From Macrostomum hystrix (Eukaryota > Animalia > Platyhelminthes), in the NCBI GenBank assembly GCA_950097015.1, contig CATNEN010000011.1, positions 4,774,001-4,838,000 of the forward strand: 64,000 nt of DNA. The letters run 5' to 3'. The stretch's first letter is position 1; every line of letters begins with the position of its first letter. The position numbers and the translations under genes were made by a program. Positions 38,982-50,992 of this stretch are shown here, in pieces. The notes under the pieces were generated by a model that was not told where the DNA came from, ran no database searches, and saw only the letters and a list, made by a program, of their open reading frames with translations.

Positions 38982-41364
38982 GAAAATGCGCGGTCCAGAA
39001 TCATCACCGTCAGCTTCGCTGCATACTCTAAGAAACCAGCTTTAGCCGGGAATTTTATCCCCTCCCCGTAGCTTAACTAGAGCTTGACCTACCTATTAGT
39101 ACACACAGTACGCAAAGTACAACCGCCTGACCTCATCGTCGGGCACTTCTGGCCCATTGATAAAAGGTCGCGAGCAAATAACAGTTTTGTAACTTTGGAT
39201 TAACATTTTGAGTTGAGTAGACTTTTGTCTCAGTTTTTTTCTAGAAGTTTACAATCGATATTTTATTTTTGTCGAAAATGGTGACAGGCCATGGATTCTG
39301 TTAGTATCCAATAACAATTAACAATTCGAAGCGGTGTTTCATTTCAATGAAGTGAGGTAAATCGTTAGAGGTCCATGGTTAAAAAAATAGAGGTCTTGTT
39401 GTGACGTGTTTGATTTTTGTTTTATTTTGTATAATTAAACATTTTTCAGAGAACTCTGAGAAAGCGTTAGCGACTTGCGGTGCATTTCGCAGAAGTCATA
39501 GCAGATTATTTCTAGTCAAAACCTTGCAATGCCTCAGTAAACCCATTCTCGAACTTGCTTTCTTCAATAATGAGACTTTATAATCCGCAGGAGCAGAAAA
39601 TGATCAATCAATCACGCCAACCCGCGGCTTCGCTAATCCACACGGGAGGGATGACTTTGGATTTTCTTAGCGAATTCTGGACTCAATTATCAGGGATTAA
39701 AAATATTTTAGAATCGGAAATGCGCAATGAATTAGTTTTATTTCCCAGTCTGCAGCTAAAATTTTATTTTTATCTGACGCGAAATATAATAATTTAGTCG
39801 GCTCAAACACCTCAAAAAGAGTGAAAATTAGTATATTTTTTTCGTGACAATTAATTTCTAGCTGAGTTTCAATTACGGCAAGAAAATGTATGAACATGTT
39901 ACTACTCATGCATGATCCGCTAAGAGATTAGCTTGCGCGGGGAAAAACTGAGACGAGATATGAGCAGCTTTTCTAAGAAAGAAAGGAAATTTGTTTTTTT
40001 GCGTAGGCGATGTCACGAACATCTCACACACCAGAGTTATTAAGTCTTGCGAGAGATTGTGGCTTGCTGCCAGTCACTGCAAATCTGAATGCAATTTGGC
40101 CTTCACAATTCTAGCTGCTAATTAGAACAGCGCGAAAACCGTCAAATCGCGGGTTTTCTTTTTAAAAGGACTGAATTTGCAAACATGATTTCCGAAATCA
40201 CTAATATACATAAATGCATGCTCTTTCACAGTATAAGGCGGTCTAAATTCTATTCAATTAAAAGAGTAAATTAAATTGTAAGTAAAGTAATCTTAATGCA
40301 ACCTTAATCGGAAGCAATTGTACTACAAGTTTATTAAACTGCCTTTCAATCCAAGAATTATAGGTCAAAATGACTTTGCTTAATCCATATCTTATTGCAT
40401 GGCGCTCAACTGCTAAGAATACAGTTAACTGCTAATCTCCTGATATGAAATTGATCTAGAATTAAACTTTGAATCCGAAACTCAAGATCACAATCAAATC
40501 GCCGTTATCTTAAATAACATACGGTGTGTTAATGTAGCAGTTATATAATTTTCTAACTCAAGTTTTGTTTATACTCGTCAAATATTTTTGCTTAATTAAG
40601 ATATTCAAGTATGTTATAATAAATTTATGTGCATACTCGTAAAATATGGTGACATGTAATTTGATTATAGTGTTTCATAAAGGTGCTAAGAGTCGTAATC
40701 GTGATTCACGGACTCATTCATATCCAGATTATATCCATAGCGTAGTTTGCTTTGTAGTCCTTGGGATAAAAATGTTTTTCAAATTTGTTGCGCTTGCACT
40801 ACAAAAACTGCGAAACATGGCAGTTAGGACTAAGAAGACTAAAGTACAGTCTGTCTACTATGGGATCACATATGGTTTTTTTATTGCCGACAGACTGTCG
40901 TGGTTTTTATGATAAAAAACCTTCAAACATTATATTATTATTATTATTATTTATTTCTAACTAGGGAGGGGCCAAAATTATAAGCCTTTTGGTTCTTAAC
41001 ACATATGGACTGTAAGTATTGTAAGCCTTTTTTAAATCTCAGCGACGTGCTAGATTTGAAATCGTATATTTTTTCGCGGACTTTGCATATTTTAACAACC
41101 GCAACGCATTATGTAGCAGTTTCGTTCAGTATAACGGATGAAAAAAGGATGTAAATCTAAGGATGTGTATGTTTGCTAATGGCTTATATACTAAACTCTT
41201 TTTTACTATTTTGCTTTCATTAATTATTTATTTGTAGTAGTTACAACCTTTTAATGTAGTTACAACCTTTTAATTCGTCCATCCATTATTTTAGTTACAG
41301 CAATCCACTTTGTGATTTAACGAGTCAGTACCAGTAGGCGTTAACGATTCGACGACTGAATACG

Positions 41365-44300
41365 ATGGCAGAAAATATAAAAGTTGCAGTACGTGTCAGG
41401 CCATTCATATCCTTTTGGTTCCGTTTCTGTTTAAACAGCTTTAATCTCTTGAACGGTATGCCGCTATTATTAAGCAACATATGAGCTTGATAAGTATTAC
41501 TTTTTGCAAACTTAGTGATGCAGATAACTATCTATTGGAAGTTTGTGTACTAAGTGTAAATGTTTTTGCTACGTCATTTTTTTCATGCATACTTTACAGC
41601 GTTATATAGAGAGTAACAAAAGAACCTATAAGTTTTTATGATGGTGACTTAAAAACTTTGCACAACATGGTTTAGGAAAACATAGCTTAAAGGCGAGAAA
41701 TAAAAGTCAGGTTTCTCAAATTATTCTTGGCTTTAATGAAAACTTAAATTGCAGTTAAAGTGATGTAAAATTTGTTATTAGTCATTCGTTTTTAATGATC
41801 TAAGAATGCTCATATAGAGATTTATATTTTTATAATTTTACAAGTATTTATATCCTCTGCCATAACATACATAAAAATTACAAAGCGAGGAAGATCGATT
41901 AAAACACATTCCTTAACAATAATTTATTTGAACTGGTGCACAATGATCGAGAAATTGCACACAAAAGCAAAATGGTCATCGAGATGAAGGGCAACCAGAC
42001 AATCATTACAAGCAGCGAAGGCAGGAAAAACTCATTCGCATTCGATCATTCCTACTGGTCGCACGATGGCTTCAACACACTGCCCGATGGATACCTTGAG
42101 CCCGCCAGCCCGAAGTATGCCGATCAGGTTGGTTTGGAGAATTGTCAAGTGTATTTCTGTGACTGACTTAATCTCCCACCCACTCTCTCCCACCCCACTC
42201 TCTCCCACCCCACTCTCTCCCACCCCACTCTCTCCCACTCCACTCTCGCACCCACTCTCTCCCACCCACTCTCTCCCACCCCACTCTCTCCCACCCACTC
42301 TCTCCCACCCCACTCTCTCCCACCCACTCTCTCCCACCCCACTCTCTCCCACCCCACTCTCTCCCACCCCACTCTCTCCCACCCCACTCTCTCCCACCCA
42401 CTCTCTCCCACCCCACTCTCTCCCACCCACTCTCTCCCACCCCACTCTCTCCCACCCACTCTCTCCCACCCCACTCTCTCCCACCCCACTCTCTCCCACC
42501 CCACTCTCTCCCACCCATTCTCTCCCACCCCACTCTCTCCCACCCACTCTCTCCCACCCACTCTCTCCCACCCACTCTCTCCCACCCCACTCTCTCCCAC
42601 CCACTCTCTCCCACCCCACTCTCTCCCACCCCACTCTCTCCCACCCCACTCTCTCCCACCATCTCCCACCCCGCTCTCTCCCACCCACTCTCTCCCACCC
42701 ACTCTCTCCCACCCTACTGTTAATTCAAGCCCATAATCAGTGGCAGTTCAACTAAACAAAAAACACCCAGAAACGCGTATTCGAAGACCTTGGCCGGGGC
42801 ATTCTCAACAACGCTTGGAAAGGCTTCAACTGCAGCTTATTTGCCTACGGTCAGACTGGCAGCGGCAAGTCCTACTCAATCATTGGCTACGGCGCCAACA
42901 AGGGCATTGTGCCCATCACCTGCGAGGAATTGTTCGCTGGAATCGATGAGAAGCGGGCCAACGCCTCGGCTGATGACGAGTGGCAGGTAAGAGCTCTGTA
43001 AGGTATTGCCCGTGAAGGTATCTCCCGTAGCGGCGAATAAAAAAGGGAATCATCGCCCCAATCAAGCAAGGTATCGTCCTAATCTATTCGGAAATCGTCC
43101 TTATCAAACTGGGTATCGTCTCAACAAACATTTACTTTTGACCGTTACTTTCTAACATGAAATCGTTACTTTCTAACATGAAATCGTTACTTTCTAACAT
43201 GAAATCGTTACTTTCTAATATGACCTTGTTTTTTTTAAACCTAATTATTGGTACTTTCTAGTATCTTTCTACTTTGTATCGTTTCTTTCTAACAATACAT
43301 CGTTACTTTTTAATACAATATCGTTACTTTCTAAAACCATCCAGGTGTCGGTGAGCATGATTGAGATCTACAACGAAACAGTTCGCGACCTGCTTGTGAA
43401 GACTAGAGCGCCGAAGGGCGGGTTAAAAGTGCGCCAGCACCAAACTAAAGGTTTCTACGTTGAAGGCCTGTCCACAGCGCCAGTGAACAGCTACGCCCAA
43501 ATTGACGCCAAAATTGCCGAAGGCTCTCGAAACCGATCCGTAGCCGCCACCAACATGAACGCCACCAGTAGCCGCGCCCACACCATCGTGGCCATCAGCT
43601 TCGTGCAGAAGTCCAGCAACTCTGGCGGACAGAAAATGACCAAATCGTCTGTCATGAACCTGGTGGATCTGGCCGGCAGGTGGGACCTCCAATGACCACC
43701 TGTTCTTTCTCTGTCCTTCGTAACTAAATTAAACTACTACATGTAGAACTTGAAGAGATTAGAAGAGACTTTGTTAACTGAGACTGACTGGTGGGGTGGT
43801 TGGCGGTGCGATTAGAGAGTGCGCGACTGGGGTAATAGAGAAAATGGTAGAAAGTGAGAGGCGGACCAATCAGAAGGCGGCGAAGGGGCGGATGTAGAGA
43901 GCCAGACAGAAAATAGATCCATGTGACAAACAGGCAGTGAAGAATGGAAAGTAGACAGATGAATGGTGCAAAAAACTAGAAAGGAGATAATATTAAAAAC
44001 ACCCATTTTGAGTCGTGGGGACGCGCGAAAGGTGTTTAAAATCGTTGCCTGTAAAAAGTTGATTGATGATTTTTCTTAACTGTGCTCAAATCGTAATTTA
44101 CTATTTATCCATCTCCCCTCGCTCCCTCTCTCCCCTCGCTCCCTCTCTCCCCTCGCCCCCTCTCTCCCCTCGCTCCCTCTCTCCCCTCGCTCCCTCTCTC
44201 CCCTCGCCCCCTCTCTCCCCTCGCTCCCTCTCCCCACTCGCTCTCTCTCTCCCCTCGCTCACTCTCCTCCCTCGCTCCCTCTCTCCCCACTCGCTCCCTC

Positions 44301-47300
44301 TCCCCCCTCGCTCCCTCTCTCCCCTCGCTCCCTCTCTCCCCTCGCTCCCTCTCTCCCCTCGCTCCCTCTCTCCCCTCGCTCCCTCTCTCCCCTCGCTCCC
44401 TCTCTCCCCTCGCTCCCTCTCTCCCCTCGCTCCCTCTCTCCCTTCGCTACCTCTCTCCCCACCCGCTCCCTCTCTCCCCACTCGCTCCCTCTCTCCCCAC
44501 GCTCCCTCTCTCCCCTCGTTCCCTCTCTCCCCTCGTTCCCTCTCTCCCCACTCGTTCCCTCTCTCCCCTCGCACCTTCTCTCCCCACTCGCTCTCTCGCT
44601 CTATTTCTCCTTCTTTCTCCCTTTCTCAATCTATTCCACTCCCCCTGTCTCCCAATTATCTTTCTAAGCCAAGCACGACCATCTAAGTCAATCTGTTCTC
44701 CCTAACCAACGAACTCTCACGCAGCGAGCGTGTCGGCCTGACAGGCGCCGAAGGCGAGCGCATGAAGGAGGGTGCGGCAATCAACCTGTCGCTGTCTATG
44801 CTGGGCAATTGCATCAAGGCACTGGCGGACCAGGCGGCAGGCAATACAAAGGTCATTGGTAAGGAATCTTTCATTGCATCATTATTCGAATTGAAGCTGA
44901 AGAAGCCGATAAGAAACTATAACAAAACTACGCGCAAATACTTCTCATCTCAGTTCCCTTCCGTGACTCCGTGCTGACAAAACTGCTGCAGAATGCACTG
45001 GGTGGCAACAGCAAAACTGTCATGGTTAGTCTGAATTTGACATTATGCGAACGGTTAAATGTACTTTAATATTACTTTCCCGTCCTGTTCTAACAGGTGA
45101 CATTCCATTCTAACAGGTGACAGTCCATTCTAACAGGTGACATTCCATTCTAACAGGTGACATTCCATTCTAACAGGTGACATTCCATTCTAACAGGTGA
45201 CAGTCCATTTTAACAGGTGACATTCCATTCTAACAGGTGACAGTCCATTCTAACAGGTGACAGTCCATTCTAACAGGTGACATTCCATTCTAACAGGTGA
45301 AATTCCATTCTAACAGGTGACAGTCCATTCTAACAGGTGACAGTCCATTCTAACAGGTGACATTCCATTCTAACAGGTGGCATTCGATTCCAACAGGTGA
45401 CAGTCCATTCTAACAGGTGACAGTCCATTCTAACAGGTGACAGTCCATTCTAACAGGTGACAGTCCATTCTAACAGGTGACAGTCCATTCTAACAGGTGA
45501 CATTCCATTCTAACAGGTGACAGTCCATTCTAACAGGTGACAGTCCATTCTAACAGGTGACAGTCCATTCTAACAGGTGACATTCCATTCCAACAGGTGA
45601 CAGTCCATTCTAACAGGTGACAGTCCATTCTAACAGGTGACAGTCCATTCTAACAGGTGACATTCCATTCCAACAGGTGACAGTCCATTCTAACAGGTGA
45701 CAGTCCATTCTAACAGGTGACAGTCCATTCTAACAGGTGACAGTCCATTCTAACAGGTGACAGTCCATTCTAACAGGTGACATTACATTCTAACAGATGA
45801 CATTACATTCTAACAGGTGACATCCCATTCTAACAGGTGACAGTCCATTCTAACAGGTGACAGTCCATTCTAACAGGTGACAGTCCATTCTAACAGGTGA
45901 CAGTCCATTCTAACAGGTGGCATTCGATTCCAACAGGTGACAGTCCATTCTAACAGGTGACATTCGATTCCAACAGGTGACAGTCCATTCTAACAGGTGA
46001 CATTCCATTCCAACAGGTGACATTTCTGTCTAACTGAAAGCACCGAAATCTAACAGTTAATTTCCCTATCAATCGGGTCTGTCCATGACCAATGTTCAGT
46101 CAGTTTTAGAAAGATGTTGATAAATGATTTGGCCACCCATTTTCGTGCCAGATTGCCGCCCTGTCTCCAGCCGACATCAACTACGAGGAGACATTGTCAA
46201 CTCTGCGCTTTGCCGATCGAGCGAAATCAATCAAAACCAAAGCTGTAGTGAATGAGAGCCCCACTGATAAGCTGATCAGGGAGCTCCGAGAGGAGAATGC
46301 CAGATTGTTGGCAATGCTGAAGGCTGGCGGACGGCTGCCAACAGACGAACCGGGTGGCACCAGCGAGGAGGCTGAGCAGAAGCTGCGCGAGTTGATGAAG
46401 AAGAACGAAGCGGATATGGAGACCATGGAGAGGACTTGGGCTGACCGTCTGGCACAGGCGCAGGCCGAAGCCCAGCAGCAAATCAAGGAGCAGCAGGAGC
46501 GAAACGAAAGGAAGAAGAATGTGCCCCATCTGTGGAATCTGAATGCCGACGCATCATTGTCCGGGCTCATTGTGCACTTCTGCGATTCCGGCAGCCAGAC
46601 TGTCGGCCGCGAGGGCAACATTCAGCTGGCTGGTGTGAGGTGAGCACAGCAACCAATGGGATCAGGGATGAGAATGGATTGCTAATCTATCCCAGGCGAT
46701 CAGGGATGAGAATAGATTGCTAATCTATCCCAGGCGATCAGGGATGAGAATAGATTGCTAATCTATCCCAGGCGATCAGGGATGAGAATAGATTGCTAAT
46801 CTATCCCAGGCGATCAGGGATGAGAATAGATTGCTAATCTATCCCAGGCGATCAGGGATGAGAATAGATTGCTAATCTATCCCAGGCGATCAGGGATGAG
46901 AATAGATTGCTAATCTATCCCATGAGATCAGGGATGAGAATAGATTGCTAATCTATCCCATGAGATCAGGGATGAGAATAGATTGCTAATCTATCTCACC
47001 CGCAGCATCCAGCCGCGACACGCGGTGATTCGGAACGACAAAGGCAAGGTGACAGTGACTCCGTTGGAGACTGCGAAAGTCTACGTCAACGGTAAAGCTG
47101 TCACTGTGGAGACGCAGCTCCATCACAACGACCGGCTGCTGTTTGGCAACAACCACCTGTACATCTTCCATCACCCGGTGGACTATGCCAAGCTGCTAAA
47201 GGCCGGTAAGGAAGCTACTGTGGCCCATCCTAACTTTGAGGATGCTCAAGCTGAACTGGCTGCCAACTCCGGCGTCATGGGGTTGCTAGGCGACTCAGGA

Positions 47301-50157
47301 AAAAGAGTTGGAAGCGAGGGTGAGTCTGTCTGCGTCCGTATCTAACAGTTTTTGTCCGTATCTAACAGTTTGTGTCCGTATCTAACAGTTTGTGTCCGTA
47401 TCTAACAGTTTGTGTCCGTATCTAACAGTTTGTGTCCGTATCTAACAGTTTGTGTCCGTATCTAACAGTTTGTGTCCGTATCTAACAGTTTGTGTCCGTA
47501 TCTAACAGTTTTTGTCCGTATCTAACAGTTTTTTTCGTATCTAACATCATGTGTCCGAGTATCTAAAAGTCACCCAACATCACACAACTGTTCTAAAACT
47601 TGCAGACTACCTCCTACTCAAAGACGACCTTGTGCGGCTATTTCCCGAGGTTCAAGAGGCCAACGCCATGTCGCAGGAGATGAACAGGCGGGTGAAATTT
47701 GAGCTGCTGCTCATGTCGCCACAAGGTCGGGGTCTGAAGGAAGGCGAAGGCAGAACTGAGGTGTGTGAACCTGTTGTGATTGGTTAATGAGTCGATTATT
47801 AGTTTAGTGACGTGGGTCAGCGCTAATTTTCTTATTCCGCAGGTGTACGTCAAGCTAATCAATTTGGACAGCAACTGCGAGTTTCTATGGCCAAAAGACA
47901 AATTCGGCGATAGGAAATATCTGATGCGCGACATGTACAACAGCTTCATGGACGGCGACCCGGACTGGGAGCTTCCAGCTGAGCGGGACCCGTTCTTGGA
48001 GCCCTCGGACACCCCAGTTCTGGTTGGCACAAGCTTCGTCTACCTGGAGAGCCTGGCTCACCTCATCGAGATATCGCAGAGTTTCGCTGTCACCAATTAT
48101 CGCGGCGACGATCAGGGCAAGCTGGAGATCGAGATTGTGCCCTGCGACTCCAACTGGGCGGAGCAGAGGGACTCGTTCGCTGAGCCTGACCACATTGTTG
48201 GCAAGCCGCTCTACTTCAAAATAAAACTGCTAGCTGGCACTGACTTGCCGGCTAGATTCGCAAGCGTGAGTCACTTCAGACACCCACCCCACTCTATTAA
48301 CACCCACCCCACTCCACTAACACCCAACCCACTCCATTAACACATAACCCATGCACTCCACCCATTGCTTTAACATCCTTCTCATTCCATTAACACCCTC
48401 CCTATTCAACACCGACGCTATTCCATTAAAACCCTCCCCATTCCAATTAATACCCACCCCAGTCCATAAACACTCACCCAGAAGCACCAATCCATTTCCA
48501 TTAACACCCGTTCAACTAAAACCCCCTCCCCATTCCATTAGCACCCTGCACCTCATTCCATTTACACCCACCCCATTCCATAAACACGTACTCACCCTAT
48601 TCCAATAACACCCACCCCATTTCATCAACATCCACCCCATTTCGCAACACCTGCATAATTAAAAATCAGCATTCATTCGTTGGCGACCCATCATAAAAAA
48701 TCAAACTCCAAATAATTTGGCAGTTCTTCTGCCGCTACAAGTACTATCTGGAGGACCAGTACGCCGTGACACCTGAAGTTGACACCGGCAATAATCCCAA
48801 ATTTGATTTCGAAAAGAACTATTCAACAGTCACCGTAACCAAGCAGTTCATGGACTACCTGCAGCACTCCTACATCATCGTGGAGCTGTGGGGTCGTCAG
48901 CGCGACAATCGTCGAAAGCCTGCTGGCAAGTCGACGAACACGAAGGACGCGGCTAAAATTGTAGCCGAACCTGGCGTTGGTGCCGCTCCGGTAATTTGTT
49001 AATTCAAAAGCTTTCTAAAGCAGGTAAAATTTCAGATTTGTAATAAGAGATCATCGAAAATCATCTCAAAACTTCGCAGAAGGGCGGCCTGGACTCCACA
49101 GACGGCGGTGCAGGCGGCAGCGGCAGTGAAGACGACAGAAAATTAAAAGCCGAAATTGACACATTGAAGAAAGAGAAGGAGAGAGCCGATTTCAAAATTG
49201 TGAGCAGCCATTGCTGGATATAAATTAGTTTTAACTTTGCTTAAATTTACGATATAATAATCCCTAGGTTAGGTGGTAAATTTTAGTTAATATTCGTCAA
49301 AACTTAATATCTTAAAAACACAAATCTCTAAATGTAGACTTGTCCAACGCCAAATCAGAAACAAATTAACTTCTTATTAGAAGTTAAGCAAACGAGTTTT
49401 TATCGTTACTAATTGGTAAAACATTGATAATGCTTATGTGTCTAACATTTGCCTGATTGGTTCAATTGAAAATTCAAAAAAATTCTATAGAAAATCGCCT
49501 CTTACAGTTAAAGTATTTTATAAAAACACTCTAGTTTCTCTTCCCTTCAATCATTGCAGCAACAGCTACAGAAGATGCTTAACGAGGCCAGGAAAAATGG
49601 AGACGCCAAGATTGACGTGAGAAATTATTATAATTATTTTTTATAACGAGAATAATAAACTGAGGTTTGAAAACAGTTGCGTAGAAAAAAAATTTACGTG
49701 AACTAAAACAACGGAAAACACCGGAACTTTCGTTTCTATTCGAATTCTGATAAAGCAATATATATTTATACTCGTATGTATTCCAAAATCACATTTTAAT
49801 TTTTTCTTTTGAACACAACAAAAGTTTGTTTAAACTTTTGATAAAAATATACTTAAAAATGAATTTGCATTCACACATTTGGCTGTAAATTTTGTTTGGC
49901 ACAAAAAACAATTGGGAGCCGTCTAGAGTAAATGATAGTCCAACTCCTGGTGCTTTATTTTCGCCACTGATAACCCCTTTAAACAGGTGGATTCCATTGA
50001 TAAGACGCTTTCGGCCACCAGCCAGTCAACAAAACCGCCAACAACATCAAAGGGATCAAAGGGTGCCGCAGCGGCCAGAGCCAGCAGCCCAGCTGTGCAG
50101 TTGAAGCGAGACAGCGTGATGGGTCCGACAGTGTCACGGACCTGCGCACTGCAGTGA
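41365..50157 (+). CDS. KIF28P: Kinesin-3, KIF28/KLP-6-like, about 992 aa, 14 exons: 41365-41406, 41942-42127, 42771-42986, 43345-43679, 44725-44858, 44954-45024, 46152-46639, 47006-47319, 47606-47760, 47843-48265, 48724-48990, 49080-49199, 49560-49616, 49987-50157
   Basis: [15 protein letters not shown]-loop [54 protein letters not shown] domain (IQPRHAVI...[13 protein letters not shown]) and EANAMS. All exon phases are consistent (2979 nt). The family assignment within kinesin-3 is inferred from size and domain order. Confidence 0.88.
41407..41941 (+). other. U12-type (minor spliceosome) AT-AC intron, 535 nt, first coding intron of the kinesin
   Basis: 5' end ATATCCTTTT, branch site TTCCTTAAC at 41909-41917, 3' end GTGCAC. 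Removing it gives the conserved VRPF|NDRE. Confidence 0.93.
42174..42715. repeat. C-rich 14/15-bp repeat (CCCACTCTCTCCCAC)n in kinesin intron 2
   Basis: More than 30 units. Confidence 0.95.
43140..43335. repeat. Degenerate 21-bp repeat GAAATCGTTACTTTCTAACAT in kinesin intron 3
   Basis: About 4 clear units plus diverged units. Confidence 0.8.
44110..44600. repeat. C/T-rich repeat (CCCCTCGCTCCCTCTCT)n in kinesin intron 4
   Basis: About 17-19-bp variant units. Confidence 0.93.
45088..46022. repeat. 20-bp minisatellite TTCTAACAGGTGACAGTCCA in kinesin intron 6
   Basis: About 46 units. Confidence 0.97.
46661..46995. repeat. 38-bp minisatellite ATCAGGGATGAGAATAGATTGCTAATCTATCCCAGGCG in kinesin intron 7
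   Basis: About 9 units filling almost the whole intron; the last unit supplies TGCTAAT just before the real acceptor. Confidence 0.96.
47335..47546. repeat. 20-bp minisatellite GTCCGTATCTAACAGTTTGT in kinesin intron 8
   Basis: About 10 units. Confidence 0.95.
48285..48650. repeat. Degenerate C-rich ~21-bp repeat (CACTCCATTAACACCCACCC-like) in kinesin intron 10
   Basis: Recurrent CCATTAACACC motif. Confidence 0.75.
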
Positions 50158-50617
50158 CAGGTGGCCGAGTTTTTATGAGCTAAAAATAAACTTTAAACTA
50201 TCGATTTTCAAAATATTTATATTTTTTAAACCTCAGGAATCTACAGTTCCAAAACTGTTTTAAATCGTGTTTCATTCAAACTGAGCTTCCGGAATCAGAA
50301 TCACGAGTGTCACTTAACTTTAATTCGAGCTTTGACTTGAATCACGTGACTGATCCTAACCAATCAGATTTTAGCAAGCTGTTTGTTAGGTTTGCTATGA
50401 TCAATATTCTAGCAGTTTTATCCATGTATCCCAAAATATGTTAAAATTTTGTTAAATTGCTGTGCAAAAGCTTATGTTAAATAACATTTGAAACAATTAT
50501 ATTTTTTGCGCTTTTTCCGGCTTAGTTTTGAGTCGCAAGTTTCGTATTAAGTGGTGAATTCAAGCCAAGATAATTTTCCATTCTCTGAATAAATTATTAA
50601 ATTGTGCATGCACCTGT

Positions 50618-50757
50618 GCATGGCGCGTGTATCTACGTGTAATTATCTTTATAAACTCACAGACCTGCTTCCGTACTTTACTTTTGTTTAACTTATCACA
50701 AATATTTAAATCAATGTTTTTTATTGGCGCTATTTTAAAAAATAATAAATGATACGT
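50618..50757 (+). repeat. About 140-bp direct repeat, copy 1 (left of the mariner)
   Basis: GCATGGCGCGTGTATCTACGTG...ATAATAAATGATACGT, near-identical to 52877-53016. Confidence 0.92.
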
Positions 50758-50992
50758 TTTAATTAAAAATACTAAATACAATTTCAATTATTAGATGAAG
50801 CTATCATGCTTAAAGTATATGACTATAAGTTTAATCTAAGACATAAATCTGCTTTATAACTTCAGTTTTTTCTTCTGAATCTTTTTAAAAGAACTAATGG
50901 CGGCCATTTTGAAACCGTGACTGATAGTTCTTTTTTAAATAATCGCCTCGAAAAATATCGCTGAATATTTTAAAAGCAATTGTAAGCAATTA

